A stretch of DNA of 64,000 nt from the human T2T-CHM13v2.0 reference genome, Homo sapiens (GCF_009914755.1 NC_060944.1), one strand, 5' to 3'. Positions 13,729-29,070 are shown, counted from the first letter of the stretch. Translations and numbers: made by a program. The notes: generated from the letters alone by a model not told the origin.

Positions 13729-14884
13729 TCAGGAGTGTTCATGGGGGTGATGAAAAGGGGTTGGAGGCTGATACACTTTGAAAGCAGGGCCTTGGGATTT
13801 ATGCAGAGGTCCCACACGGAGTGTGAACAAAGGAGGAGTCATGAGTAGCTCCCAGGTTTTTGGCCTCTGTGGCTGGAAAGAGATACTGAGATGGGGGGAA
13901 ATCGGCAGGAGCGAGTTCGCAGTGGGAGGACGTGGGGCTTAGTTTTGGAGATGTTAAGTTTGAGGAATGTCACATAGACAGGGGAAGGACACCAGCTTTG
14001 GAGTTAGGCAGGGTCATTGTCTGAATCCCAGCTCTGCCGTGGACTCACTGCAGAACCTCAGGTAAAGAAGGACTTGCCTCTCTGAGCCTCAGTTTCCTCA
14101 CCTGCAAAAAGGAGGGCATGTTTCGTGTGGGCTGGATCTCTGGATAAGGGGCTTTTATGATGAACACTGAGGCATAGGCAATATGCTTTTAAAGTGTTTT
14201 GAGGATCACCTGCGTCAGAATCAGTTGAGATCCTTGTTAGGGATGCAGATCCTGGGCTGCCTCTAGAGACTTTGATTCTGTGGTCTGGGCGATGGACCCG
14301 GAATCTGAACTGCCTGGGTTTTGAGAACTCCTGACCTAGGGCTTGGGTGTCCAATTAAAGAGCCTGTGGCTGCCTCTCAAGACTTGCAGGTTCCCAAGTG
14401 GAAATGTCTTTAAAGATCACAGAGCCCAGCAGCCTACCCCCGTTAGGCAAATGAGAAACCCGAAGACCAGAGAAGCCGAGTGCCTTGCCTGAGGCCACAC
14501 AGCTGGGAAGCAGCAGAGCTGGGTCTGGGATGGTTGATGGATAGGTGGAAAGGTAACAGCTGGTTCAGGTAACAAGCAATTGGATCCAGACAGTGCGGGT
14601 AGGATCCAGGTCAGAGTTGAATTTCATTTTGGGAATCAAATCCTTCTGGACTTGGGAGAGAGACATGTGGTTTCTTCCCATTTGAGAGTGTTAAATGACT
14701 CTCCCAGACTCCTGTTCAGCTAATGCTTTGGAGAAACAGGAGCCCATTTTCTGTGACACTCTTTGGCCAGCCAGGCCACCCCAGTCTCCAATAAGCCCCT
14801 TCCTGCAGCCCAATGGACTTGCTGAACCCTTGTGGGTAGCAATGTGGGGCACACACCACCAGTATTAGTTACATTGAAATCTGG

Positions 14885-15060
14885 ATTTCTCAACCTTGGC
14901 TGCACAGTGGAATCACCTTGCGAGCTTTGAAAAACACCAATCCCTGGGTCCCATCCCCAGAGATCCCGATTTCACAGGTCTGGCGGGTGGTCTGGCATTG
15001 GGATTTTTCAAAGATCCTCAGCTGATTCTCATGTGCAGCCAAGACTGGTTTAGCTGCCCA
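14885..15060. mobile_element. MER5A-type MITE (a second copy lies at about 14185-14330)
   Basis: ttctcaaccttggctgcacagtggaatcacct...ccccagagat...tgattctcatgtgcagcca. Confidence 0.7.
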
Positions 15061-15690
15061 GGGACAAGCCATCAGAATCACATTGATTCACAGAGTGAGA
15101 AGGTGCTACCCTTTCCAATTGTCTTCAGACCCCCAGACTCCCTGAAGTGGAAAGTCCCAGTATGAAGCCAGTGACATTTTAACACCTCTCTAACACACAT
15201 CTTCCCTTTTAACCCAGAGAGTAGGTATCAGGCTTCAGCATCTGGCTGGAATTTTATGACATGATTTATGGCAAATGGCACCAGTTCTTCATAATATCAA
15301 ATTTCCTGTTAAAACAACTCGATTTAGTAAAATTAATGACTTAATCTAAAGAAGACTATTAAGCAAATCCTATTTCAGGTATTTCCCCTGGACCTAATGG
15401 TGGTCTCTGACCCAAACTGGTTCCCTCACTCATGATCCCTTCTGGCCACAGGGATTGGCTCAGAGATGATCATGTGGCTCAAGTCTGTCCAGTCAGAGGC
15501 AATCTTCATGGGAAGAGTCAGGAAAAAAATGGCCATTTTATCTGCTGGCCTTCATGCTGGGAGGGTGGAATCTGGAGGCAATGTCAGCTGAGAGATGAGG
15601 AATGACTTTCCAAGGCCACCGGCATTAGTGGTGGAGCAGGGATTTGAACTAGGCCCACCTGCCCACAAAGGTAGTACAACTTCCCGCTAA

Positions 15691-16029
<339 letters not shown>

Positions 16030-16354
16030 TATAGTTCCCTCAGAACTTCTGTTTCCTGGGTTTTGAGTCTTCATACGTAGGGTTTACTTAAGTAAAATGT
16101 AATGGCACCCCATAAAATATAACCCAAATAGGTACCTTTGAAAAGCTGATAGAAGACACTGTAATGATCATTCAACACATTCTGGGCACTGGAGAAGGTA
16201 TTTGGCCACTTGTAAAGAATTTAGTGCCCTGTGCTTTCAGTGGATGATAAGAAACTTCTGGCTGGAGTTCGAGCTGAACATTTCAGACCATCTCACCACT
16301 CCTCAACCAAAGGAAGGTGAATTGTGGTTTCTGCCAACTTTGACTAACCTCTGA

Positions 16355-16880
16355 ATTCATCCATCCATTCATCCAGCAAAATTTTATGGAAGATTTGCAT
16401 GGAGGTAGGCAAAGTGCTAGATGCAGGAGAGACATGCCTATAGCAGACAAGGTCCTACTACTGGGGAGATCACAGCCCAGATGGGGAGGCAGGCGCTAAT
16501 CAGATCGTTGCTTAAACCTATGTGAAATTACAACTGGAATGGAGGCCACCCAAGAGAGACACAGAGAACTTTGAAAATCCATAACTGGGGGATCTGACCT
16601 ATTGAGAGATTAGGAAAGGCTTGCAGGAGGAGGTGGCATTCTATCTGGGAGCTCTAGGGTGAGGAGGCAAATAACTGGATGAAGAAGAGAGGAAGAGCAT
16701 TCGAGGCAGAGGGAACAGCATGTGCAAAGACTCAAGGCAGGAAGGAATTTATAATAGTAAGTATGAGATCAGCATGGCTGGACACGGGGAGGCAGGAGAT
16801 GGTAGTGGAAGATGAAGTCAGAGAGTGTTAAATGACTCTGGCCTCATGGAGTCTTATAGGCCACTGTGAGGAAATTTACC
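16355..16880 (-). mobile_element. L2 fragment
   Basis: attcatccatccattca...ggcagagggaacagcatgtgcaaag. Confidence 0.7.
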
Positions 16881-17169
16881 CTCTCCTCCCAACCCGTTCT
16901 GCAGCAAATCAAACAGAAAACTCCCACCTTTCCATCCACCCTCGCTTATAGCATAAGGATGTGAAAAAATTCCACTGCTCTTATGATTTTTGCAATTTGA
17001 AAAATAGAACAACGCATCCATACAATTGGGGTTGCTTATAACTTGGGGAGTTTGAGTTACTTAAGGAGAAAAGGAAGAAGAGCAAAGAGAAAGGCAAGAA
17101 GACTAAGAATAAAAGGAAGAAGTAAGTGAGGAGAAGGCTGTGGGGAGGAAACGGAGTGGACAGGGGAGG

Positions 17170-17390
17170 GGGTGTAGTGGTTCAGGGCCTGGGCTCTGGG
17201 GGTAACAACTGGGGTTCAAATGCTACCCTGCCACCTGTTAGCTGCATCCTTGCATGTGTTACTTAACCTCTCTGGGACTCAGTTTCCACATCTGTAAAAT
17301 AGGGATAATAATAATACCTTCCTTATAGGATGTCGTAAGGGTTAAATGAGGCGATGTGTGTAAAACGTGGTATATGAGTGTTAGCTATTT
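17170..17390 (+). mobile_element. MIR
   Basis: gttacttaacctctctgggactcagtttccacatctgtaaaatagggataataata. Confidence 0.8.
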
Positions 17391-19186
17391 TGCCATTGTC
17401 TTCAGAGGCTGGGTTGCACCCTCTAACCTCTGCAGTGTCCTGGGGGAAGCCATAGACTTAGCCTGGACAGCTGGACGGTGAGAGGAAACAGAGAACCCCA
17501 TTGTGATGGGGCTAGTATGGGACAGGCTTTGGAGAGGCAGCTAAGAAATCTTCCTGGGAGACCAAAATTCCTCCCTGCTAGAGCGAGAATGCCTCATTTC
17601 TGGGAGAAGAAGCGAGTTTCTGCATTTTTCTTAGTGATAGGGAAAGGGCTCTGGCTACCTCCCTCATAAAGAACCTCCAGTTCAGAGTAGATTTATCCCC
17701 ACAGTGATGAACACTGGAACCCAAAACAGTGACCAAGGGGATCTATGGATAAACTCTTGCAAGAAATACCAGGGCCTATCATGGAGGGAATGACATCACG
17801 TTCAGTAAGTTAGGGGTGGGATGTTTAGGCAGAGCCCTGAAGCATGAGTAAGGGAGGCCAAGGGAGCCAGGGTAGGGGCCATAAGATCATCCTAGTCAGA
17901 TGGCAGCATGTGCAAAGGCCCTGAGTTGTGACCCAGCACCACGTGCTGACGCTCTGAGAAAGCTATCTAGTACAGCTAGGAGAAAAAAAGGGGCAAGATA
18001 ACAGGCATGTGTTACGAAGGTAGGGTGGTAGACCTTCCAGGGCCTTGGTGGCCAGAAAAAGATTTTGGAAGTTATCCCGAGAGCAACAAGAAGCCGTGGA
18101 GTGACCAATCCCTCTCCCTCCTGCTGTTTCCCCTCACCCCCATCCACAAAATCTGGAGACACAGCGAACAGGCTTGGAGGTGGGCCATGCATGGAATGAT
18201 TTGGGAACTCAGAAAACTCTAATACTGTCTCTGAAGGGGTAATAATCATCCATCCATTCATTCATTCATCCACTCAACAAATATTTATTACTTGCTCTGT
18301 GTGAGGCACAGTTTTAGGCACTGGGGAGTGAGCAGTAAAATTTGACCAAGTTCCTTTCTAATGGAGCTGATACTGTAGTGAAATGAGACAGATAAGAGCC
18401 AGATAAACCTATAAGATAACACGTGGCAAAAGGGCTATGAAAAAAATAAAGGAAGGCCGAGAAATGGAGCATAAAGGCAGGGACGGGAGGTGTGTTACAA
18501 TTTCCTTGGGAACATGACCAAGCCAATCCTTCCTGCCCGCCCTTGTTCCACTGAGCACTCATTACTTGCACCATCATAAATACAGTTTAAAGATTATTTT
18601 TTAGCTCCCTCCACCCCATGAGCAATAAACCTCCCTCTCCAGTTGGCACCAACAGTACACTTGTGGTGACCGCAGTGACCAACAAACTGTTGCACTTCCC
18701 CACGTTCTGCTGCCAGCCCATCTCCCGGGCTGGAAAGCCGCAAGCCCTTGGCACTTTCTTCTGCCCCTTGCCTGACAGTGTTTGCCTTTCTTTGGATGAT
18801 GGAGCAGTGAGATCATCCAGGTGCCCCCCAGGGGCTTGGCAGAGCTGCTTACTTGGATCTGCTCCAGGTCAGCCAACAAGATGGATTTAAGGGTGGATTT
18901 AAACAGAGTTGACAACAGGTTCCAGGGTCTTTGGCAGGGGTGGGGTAAGGGGGCCACACTTTGGTCACCTTCCTGAGGATCCTGTCGCCCTTATCAGCAC
19001 GACCTGAGTGGATGGGCATCAGACACAATAAGAGAGAGAGGCCTATGTATCAGGACCCCGCTGGATAAATGGGGGTTTGGGGATCTTCTGTGATTTGCAT
19101 TTCTTCAATAACTGCTGCCAGGAAGACGGATGATGAAGGGTTAAGGACACACAGAAGAGATGAGACTCCCAATATAACAAGCAGGG

Positions 19187-19525
19187 AATAAGACTTCCAA
19201 CTCCAAACACCAGTCTTCTGAATGTGCCTGCCAGAATTCTGATCATGAAGACTGCCGAAGTGTTCTGACCTTGCACCTCAGAATTCCAACCCCGTACATT
19301 AGTTCCAACCTGGGACATCAGCATTCTGACCTTGCCCGCTAGAGTTTTAATTATGAAGAGCAACTCTCTGGCCATGGACTCCTTGGCTCCAATGATGGAT
19401 TAGAGGATTCTGACCTCAGATGGCAGTTGTCTGATCTTGAACTTCAGAGTTGTGACCTTGAATGATGTTGCTCCAATACTGGACACAACAGCAGCAATCT
19501 TGAGCACCAGAATCCCAATCCTGGG
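19187..19525. repeat. Degenerate 21-bp minisatellite, about 16 units, consensus CACCAGAATTCTGACCTTGAA
   Basis: Consecutive 21-mers such as catcagcattctgaccttgcc, tggcagttgtctgatcttgaa and cttcagagttgtgaccttgaa. Confidence 0.7.
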
Positions 19526-19672
19526 CCCCCTAATCTCTACTGAATCTCTCAATGCCCAAGCTTTCCAGCCTGAAATAGTAGAGCTGACATGACTCCACAG
19601 GATACAAAGTTTAATTCTACACAATAAGCTTTTCCACAGGCCCACAGCCCCTAGAAATAAGCCAAATGCTTC

Positions 19673-19682
19673 GATGATGATA

Positions 19683-19717
<35 letters not shown>
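19673..19717. repeat. (GAT)n microsatellite at a MIR tail
   Basis: Read directly, about 15 units with one interruption. Confidence 0.95.
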
Positions 19718-20144
19718 AACAACACAAATAATACTGGCTTACATCTGTTACACATCAGGCACTTTGCTGTGCACTTTACATGTTTCATCTTATCCATCCT
19801 CTGGGTCACCCCAGGGATCTTATTATTCCCATTTTACAGATTAGGAACCTGAGGCCTAGAGCCAGTTCAGTTTGCTGACGTGACATCGAGAGCTTTTTCT
19901 AGCCACTGCAGTAGCTGTTTCTTCCTGCCCTGGTTGGAGATTGGGTTTGGGAAGTTGTAACTCATTAGCTAATCAATTTACGATTTGCCTGAGAATTTCC
20001 CCGACTTGTGTTGCCATCCATCAGGCATGAACTGCCTTGATTTTTGGAGCCAAGTCCCGCCTTGGGGGGATAGTCATTCATTCAACAAAGATTTGCCACC
20101 CGAGGTTGTGCTTGATGCCAGAAATAAGAAGAGGGAAGGTGGGA

Positions 20145-20782
20145 TATGATGGTTGATTTTATGTGTGAATCCGACTGCGCCATGGGGTGGCCAGATTAAA
20201 CATTTATTTGTGTGTCTGTGCAGGTGTTTCTGGATGAGATTAGTATTTCAGTCGGTGGACTCAGAAAAGTACCTAGCCCTGCCCAATGTGAATGGACATC
20301 ATCCAAGCCTCTGAGAGCCTGAATAGAAAAAAAAGAGGCAGAGGACGGAGAAATTTGCCCCTTTTGCTTCCTGCCTGCCTTCTGAGCTGGGACATGGGTC
20401 TTCTCCTGCCTTTGCACTGGGATTTATACCATCGGCTTCTCTGGTTCTCAGGCATTGGGACTCAGACCAAATTACATCACCAGCTTTCTCCTGAATGTTC
20501 AGATTGTGGAACTTCTCAGCCTCCTTACTCATGTGAGCCAACTCCTCAGAATAAATGTCTTACTGGGAAGCTGGGCATGGGGGCTCACGCGTGTAACCCA
20601 GCTATTTTGGAGGTCAAGGCGGAAGGATTGCTTGAGGCCAGGAGTTCGAGGCTGCAGTGAGCTATAATTGTGCCACAGCATTCCAGCCTGGATGACAGAG
20701 TGAGACCCGGTCTCTCAAATAAATGAATAAATAAACAAATCTCTTAGTGATTCTGTTTCTCTGGAGAACCTTAATTAATACA
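20145..20782 (+). mobile_element. MLT2 (ERVL) solo LTR interrupted by an Alu monomer
   Basis: tgatggttgattttatgtgt...ttctgtttctctggagaaccttaattaataca. Confidence 0.8.
20570..20739 (+). mobile_element. Fossil Alu monomer (FAM/FRAM)
   Basis: Single ~150-bp arm with an A-rich tail. Confidence 0.8.
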
Positions 20783-21292
20783 GGGGACCTATTGCTTCTG
20801 TCATCCAAGCTCTGTCTCTTTCCTCCCTTCCAGGTGGGGGCCTCAGAGGCAAGAAATGCACCCCCAACATTTCCAGCCACGTGAAGGCTCTATGCTCCAG
20901 AGGTCAAAAATTAGAGCCACGAGGGCTGCATATGGTTCCAAACATATTCTGTTTGGCCCACTCAAATTGTTTTCAATTATTTTTTTTGAGACAGGAAAAC
21001 AATGGAGCTTCCTGACATGTGACACTGATGCTGTTTCACTCAACAAGCAAAAGGTACCTGCTTCACTCTTCATTTTAAAATGGAAATTGAAACCATACCG
21101 AGATACCCGCTTCCATCTGTTAGAGTGACAAAAAAATCAGAAAGTTCACAATACATGGTGCTGATGAAGTTGTGGGGAAACAGGCACCCTCACACATCGT
21201 TGGTGGGAGAATAAATTGGTACAACCTCTACAAAGTGCAGTTTGGTCATATGGATCAAAATGTAAAATGCACAAATCTGTTATAAAATCTGA

Positions 21293-22001
<709 letters not shown>

Positions 22002-22386
22002 TAACTTTTAAAATGATTTGCCAACGTTGAAAAACCGGGATAGCTCCCATGAAAATTAAAATTTCTGGCTAAGTCCAGACCCAGTCTGGAGCTGAATGGC
22101 TGCTGCCTTCTCAGGCAGGCTTCTGCTCCAGTTCACCACTAGCCCCCTCCACTCCCTGCCTGAAAAGTGGCTGGCCATGGAATAGGCATGTTAGGCTGGG
22201 TGTTGACCAGTGTCCTCCTTGAACTTGCCCTCCTACAGTTCTTCCAGCAACTGCTTCACTGGGTGACAAGGCCTACCTAGCTCCGGTAGCCATCAGAGTC
22301 TGAGGCCCCGGCTCTTGCCTAGGCAGGGAGGTTAAGGCCTTCTCCTCCTAACCCATAAGGACCTCTGAGTCATTCTGCCCTGCGGG

Positions 22387-22563
22387 CAGAGCTGGCTTCA
22401 AGGGTGTGCAACCTGCACAGTTGCACAGGGCCCTGCGCTCACAAGGGCTCCATGCTCGGTTTGCTACTCTGCTATCACCATCTCAAAATTCTTTCTTACT
22501 TTTGAACAAGGGGACTGCATTTTTATATTGTACGGCACCCCACGAATTCTGTAGCTGGCCCTG
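22387..22563. mobile_element. MER91A-type hAT-Tip100 MITE
   Basis: cagagctggcttca...cacagggccc...tttgaacaagggg...gtagctggccctg, with terminal inverted repeats. Confidence 0.7.
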
Positions 22564-24199
22564 CCAGTAGGTCACTTGGTAATTAGGGACACCCAGTCCC
22601 CCATACACCCTGCCCCCAAGGACTGCTCTCATCCATCTAGAAAACCACCTCTTTGGATTGGCCAGTTCTCCCAGGCATGAGGCCAGCAAGGGTCCCAAAT
22701 TTTTATACAAGAGGGGCTTGGGGACAGTAACCTGGGGTGGGGAGGGGAACAAGAGGACTTTTCTTGGGTTGCATTTGCATAGAGCTTTATGTAACATGGA
22801 GGACGCTCCATCAAAGAATGGGGGAGTGTGATGGGGCCTGGGGGTGGGAGGTGGAGGAAGTATCTAACACTTCCTCTCCAACCATTCCTTGGCACAGTCA
22901 TTGCATGAAGGGTTTGAGCAGGCAAGGGTATCATCAGGGGCAGGACTAAAGCAAGGTCAGGGGTAGACTCTCTTGAGGAGAGGAAGGAGAGAAGGAAAAA
23001 CAACTTAACACGAATGAAGTACCTGTGCTCAGCCCAGCACAGTGCTGGGCCCTCTGGCACGGGTAAGTACACCTGTCTTTCCAGTAGCTTTGCTTGGTAA
23101 AGTCACCATGCCCGTTTTCCAGCCAAGGAAATGGAAACTCAGAGAGAAGAAGGGTCTGCCCAGGGTCTCATTGCTCATATGTGGGGAGTATGAACCCAGA
23201 CCTCCAGAGTTCCAAACCAGAGCTCTTTCCACCTACCCTGCCAGGGAGACGGCACATGAGAGGAGGAAAAACATTGGTGCAGAGAAAGGGAAAGATGCCT
23301 ACCCCAAGTGGGCATAATCTCAAAATAAACCAGAGAAACATGTTATGATGGGAAGACTGTAAACATTACCAAGTCCAAACTGGCCATTCAAGGTCAGGGA
23401 GGGCCTCTCTGAAGAGGTGACCTATGAGCTGAGATCTGAAGAAGGAGAAGGGGCTGGCTGACACTGCAAGATATGAAGCCAGAGGCCCAGAGAAGTTAAG
23501 TGATTCACTCAAGGTCACACAGCTAGCTTGCATCTTCCTTCCCACCAATCCACCCACAAACACCCAATAAGCCCCTCCTCTGCACCAGGCCCTGATGCAA
23601 CTTCAGAACACAGGTCAGCAAACTTTTTCTATAAAGGTTTAGATAATAAATGCGTTTTAGGCTTTATGGCCATACATCCAAAAGCAGCTGTACATGGCAG
23701 GTGAATGAATAGGCCTGCCTGTGTTCCATTAAAACCGTATTTACAAAACAGGCAGCCCACCCACCCTGTTTTGAGCACAGAAGTGAGTAAGATACAGTCT
23801 TAGACTTTGAGAACATCCTGTTTTATGTGGAGAGATGAAACAAGTTAAGAAGAAAATAGAATACGAGAGAGAGCACACTGAACAGTGCAGGATAAGCGGA
23901 ATGGCGATCTTATAGGAGAAAGATCACTCCTGTAGCTCAGCAGGGCAGACATCAAGTTCAGGCTCTCAGAAAAGTGCACGCTCTCAGAAAAGTTCACATA
24001 CACTGAGAAGTTTTCTTTGACCTTGCCCCATTAATCTCTGTCAAAACACCTTGTTTCTCTCCTTCCAACATACATATTACACTTAGTGTGATTATTCTTT
24101 CATTTAATTTTTAATTTGTTTAATGCGTATCTCCCTCCAGTAGGTTATAAACTCTATGATGGCCATGGATTATTTCTGCCGGTTTACATTTATTCTCCC

Positions 24200-24640
24200 C
24201 ACTCTTGGTAAGAGGACTTCAATTTTTCTTTGGGAAAGCACCTCTTTCCCATTCTCAATCCCATCCCAGCTCCAGCCATTGACATGTGACCCAGACGCAG
24301 CTATGTGATTGGCTCAGGGCTGGGCCAATGAAAATCAGCCCTGGGATTTTGCTGGGCCTATTGGAAAAGAGACTTGCTTTGCCCCAGGAAGAAAGCCTGG
24401 ATTTGAGGGGGCCATCTTTCCTGCCATGTTGGTGCAGCCTGCTGAGAAGCCATGACAAAGAAGAATAGAGCTTAGAGATGTAGGATACCAAGTCTTGATG
24501 ACATATTTAAGCCCCTGGATCCAACCTTGCTGGAAACCTTACCCAACCCAAGACTTTTTTTTTTTTAACATTTTGCCTAAGTCCATTGGAGCTACCTTTC
24601 TGTCACCTGCAGCTAGAAGAATCCTAACAAATAGATACAC
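24200..24640 (+). mobile_element. Old MLT1-type LTR
   Basis: tgattggctcaggg..gggccaatga...ccctgggattttgctgg...gccccTggatcca...cctaacaaata. Confidence 0.55.
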
Positions 24641-25347
24641 ACGTGATTTTCAAGCACCCAGCAGGTTGCCTGGCCCACAGTAACATGCACTAAATTGTTT
24701 ATCAGACAAACCACAGGCAGGATTGAAACAGGTCCTCAAAGCATGCACATACTCCCACCTAAACTTAGAAGGACCAGAGAAGCCTAGAATGGAAGCCACC
24801 TTGAAACAGAAAGAATGATCTAGAAACAGGAGGAATGACTGAGTCGAATTACAGTCACTATTTCAAGAAACAATAAAGGTTGTGCAAATGTATCCACTGA
24901 AAAGAGATAAAAGAAACTCGATCCATTCACAGAGACAGTGGGAATTCCAGACAAGTGATAAGCAAAGGAAAGGCTGGTTCTGCCTTGTCTTGTCTCCATC
25001 TTTCCTTTTGCCTCTCATATGCCCCTGACAGGGCAATCATCGGCTGCCTCTTCGGTACAACTGAGTCTACAAAGACTCTGAGAGGTGGGGCTGGCCAAGC
25101 TCAAGGGCTCCAAGGATCACACAAAGCTTAGAAAGACTCAGGGATGGCCTGTAGGGAGTGATTAGTGACAATTGATGATCTGTTTTTAGAAACTGTTTGG
25201 TTCTAGGCCCATTACCTGGTGGATGTAAGTGATGGTGTGGAATTGGCAAATGCAATATTATTCTCTCAAAGACAGTGCCTGCCTGCCAGCCCATGGTGGG
25301 CAGTTGTGGTAGAAACCAGTCTCATTTCAGAGCAAAAATGGAGCAGC

Positions 25348-25641
25348 TGCCAGGTGCAGTGGCTCATACCTGTAATCCCAACACTTTGGGAGGCCAAGGT
25401 GAGAGGATTGCTGAAGCCCAGGAGTTTGAAACTGGCCTGGGTAACATAGGAAGACCCTGTCTCTACAAAAAAAGAGTACAAAAATTAGCCGGGTGTGGCG
25501 GTGGTGCACACTTGTAGTCCCAGCTACTCAAGGGGCTGAGGTGGGAGGATCATTTGAGCCCAGGAGGTCAAGGTTACAGTGAGCCATGATCGCGCCACTG
25601 CATTCCAGCCTGGGCAATAGAGCGAGACCTTGTCTCAAAAA
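25348..25641 (+). mobile_element. AluJ
   Basis: Dimer with gaggatcatttgagcccaggaggtcaagg. Confidence 0.9.
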
Positions 25642-26937
25642 CAGTCAGGGTGTGAGGGAACACCTCAAGTGTCTAACTTAATTGTGTGTCTCCTCTCTGT
25701 AAATGGAAGGCAAAAGGCCACTTCTTTCTGCAGGCAGGTAGAGACAAGAAAGGTGGAAGGAGCAGGGTGTACCTGGAAGAGACCCTTACCTTTTAAGGAA
25801 GACCCCTCTGATCAGTCATCACAAGATCATGCACATTTGCTCATTTATTCACTCAACAAACGTTTACCAACACCTACCTGCAGTAACAATAGTAATAGTG
25901 AAATATACTGAACACCTGCTGAGTGCCAGGCACGGCTTGAGTGTTTCATATAGAATTTGCCCAACAACCCTGGTTGTTATGAGGCTTTCCAAATTACGGA
26001 TCAGGACATTGAAACCTAGAGAAGTTATGTAATTCCCCAAAGGGCACACAGCTCAAAAGTGGCTGAGCTGGGATTTGAACCCAGGCAGTCAGGCTGCACA
26101 GCCTGCACGCTTAAGCTTTCCTGTTTCTCTGTAGGCCAGGCCTGGCATCCACAGAACAACCCACAAGTGAATTTTCACGATGTTTTGTGCGAGGAAGGTA
26201 TGAACGTCAGGTTTCCGGTGCACAGAGGAGGGAGCAGTCAGTGCTGCCTGAAGGGAAGTGTAGGTGGTGGTAGGGGGGCGGGGGGTGGTTAAAGAAGGCT
26301 TCACAGAGGAGGTGGTGGGGAAGCTGGGCCTTGAAGGTGGAAAGAGAGAGGCTGCAGGCAGAGAAGAGGAAGAAATGGGTGCAAGGCAGAGGAACAGCTT
26401 GGGCAAGAGGGTGACCAGCGCTGAGGAAGGCTGGAGCTTTTGGGGGCATGCAGAAAGGTTAGTGTGGTGGTCGCAGAGGGTGTCTGAAGAAGGGATGGGG
26501 AGGAGATGAAGGTGGAGAGTTGGGTTGGGATGTCGAAAGCCAGGCTAAGGAGTGTGGACTATCCTGGGGGCAGTGGGAACTATGGAAGTTTTGGGAAGGG
26601 GGTGATGAAGTTGAGCAGACTGCATTTGAGAAAGTCGGCTCTGGCTGCTCTGCAGAGGTTGAACTGGATGGGAAAGGCTGGAAGCAGGGAGCCTATTCTG
26701 GGGCTCAGAGGCTCCCAGGAAGGGTCAGAGTTCAGCAGTGACCCACAAGGTCGCACCTCTGATCTCACCTCCTTCTACTCTCTTGCCTCCGGTACACTCT
26801 GCTCCAACCACATTAATACCTGAATGTTCCTTGAGTGCCCCAGGCACGTTCCTGTCCCAGGGCCTTAGCACTGCTTTTCTCTCCACCCAGAGCACTCTTC
26901 CCCCACATGCCAACATGCCTGTCTCCCTCCCTTTCTA

Positions 26938-27343
<406 letters not shown>

Positions 27344-28379
27344 TTATTTGATCTTGTCATTTCGTCCATAAACACTTCAGTATGTGTATCTAAAAGATAA
27401 AGATTTTAAAACATAGTCGTAATAGCATTATCACATCTAAAAACACAGCATTCATTCCTCAATATCATCCAATATTCAGTTAGCATTCATCTTTCTTTCC
27501 CTGATTGTCTTACAGTCTCATGATTTATTTTGCATGGTTGTTTTGGTCCAATCAGTATCTGTGTTTATTTTTTTAACAGTCTTGCTCCTTCTTCTACTGG
27601 AATATCAGTGCCATGAGAGCTGGGATCTTTGTTTTGATCTCTGCTTTGTCCCCAGCACCCAGCACAATGCTTGACACATAGTAGGTGCTCAATAAGTTCC
27701 ACTGAATGAATATACACAACCAATCCTGATAATAAAAGTTTGTTATTGACCTGTTGGGCATTATGTGTCTGTTACTGTTATTTGCCATAATTATCAAATC
27801 CTTACAATCTCCTTATGAGGTACGTGCTGTGATTAGGTCCATTTTACAGATGAGGAAACAGCTACGTGACCCAAGGACTCACAGCTTAAAAAAAGGCTAG
27901 GGCTTAAGACCCATTGCACAGCCTGAGGGTCTGTGACCACTGGTGGAGGCAGGGGCGTTGTGGCTTCCCAGGAGCTGCCTCCACACCTTACATCCAGAGT
28001 CCAGCCACTTTTCACCGATCTTCCCTGCCACCACCCTCTTCTGGGCTGTCATCTTTCTTCTCTTTCCTGGAATAATGCAATATCCTCCTGGCAGCGGCTT
28101 ATCCCTTCTTTCTCTAATGTCCATTCTCCACTGCTAAACATCCTCCAATGCACAGGACAGCCCCACGGCAAAGAATTCTCCATCGCCAAATGTCAGTAGC
28201 ACTAAGGTTGAGAAACTGGGCTCTGGTTGAAAAACCAGACACATTCTTCATCCAGAGCCTGGCATAAGCAGCTGAGAGTCAGACTTCTAGCAATGTGTTA
28301 GTAATAAGAGTGAAAGTCCCAAAGTTTGTAAACAAATTCCTTTTTCATCAATTAGTATTCTCAGTTATCTCTAGGATAA

Positions 28380-29070
28380 CATCATTCATTCATTTATTCA
28401 ATGCATGTATTTCATGCCTGCTCTATGGCAGGCACTGAAGACACAACAGTGGACAAAGCACACAAAATCCCTGCCCTTTGAAGCTTACATCAAAGTGGGA
28501 GAGAGAGAAAGGAATCATATAATTAAGTAATTATATGTCAGGTTGAAACAAATAAAGCAGCCATGGGGAATGAACAGTGCTATTTTATATGTGGTGGTCA
28601 AGGATGGCCTTGCTGAGATGACATTTGAGCTGAGACTTGAACAATGTGAGGGGTGAGTCTCGTGGCATCAGCAGGAAGACCGTACCAGGCAGAAGGGACG
28701 GACAGTAAGTGCAAAAGCCCTGAGGTGGGAGGGTGCCTAGAACAGCAAGGAGGCCACTGTGGATGCAACAGAGTGATGGAGAGGGAGAGTGGTAGGGAAG
28801 GAGGCTGTAAGGGTGCTGGGAAAAGGGGAAAGATGCCAGATAATGGGCCCTGTGAGTGGGACTGAGGAGTTGGGCTTTTTCTCGGAGTGAGGCAGGAGCC
28901 ATAGGAGGGTTTTGAGCGGGGGCGTGAGTTGCTGTGTGTGGAGACCAGACGGGGGATGGGAGGCTGGAGGCAGCAGATGGGACTAGAGGCTCCTGCAATG
29001 GTACAGGAGGGAGAGGATAGGGTCAGGAAGGCAGCAGTGGGGTGGCAAGAAGTGGCCACAACCTAGACAC
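28380..29070 (-). mobile_element. L2
   Basis: (ttca)n 3' end followed by a typical L2 body (gacatttgagctgagacttgaa, gcaaaagccctgaggtggga). Confidence 0.75.

Noticed and set aside
16100-16350. Unique segment with ATGATA...CTGA words (possible C/D snoRNA or pseudogene fragment)
   Set aside because: No proper RTGATGA C box or terminal stem, antisense to the host transcript, and only short unrecognisable reading frames.
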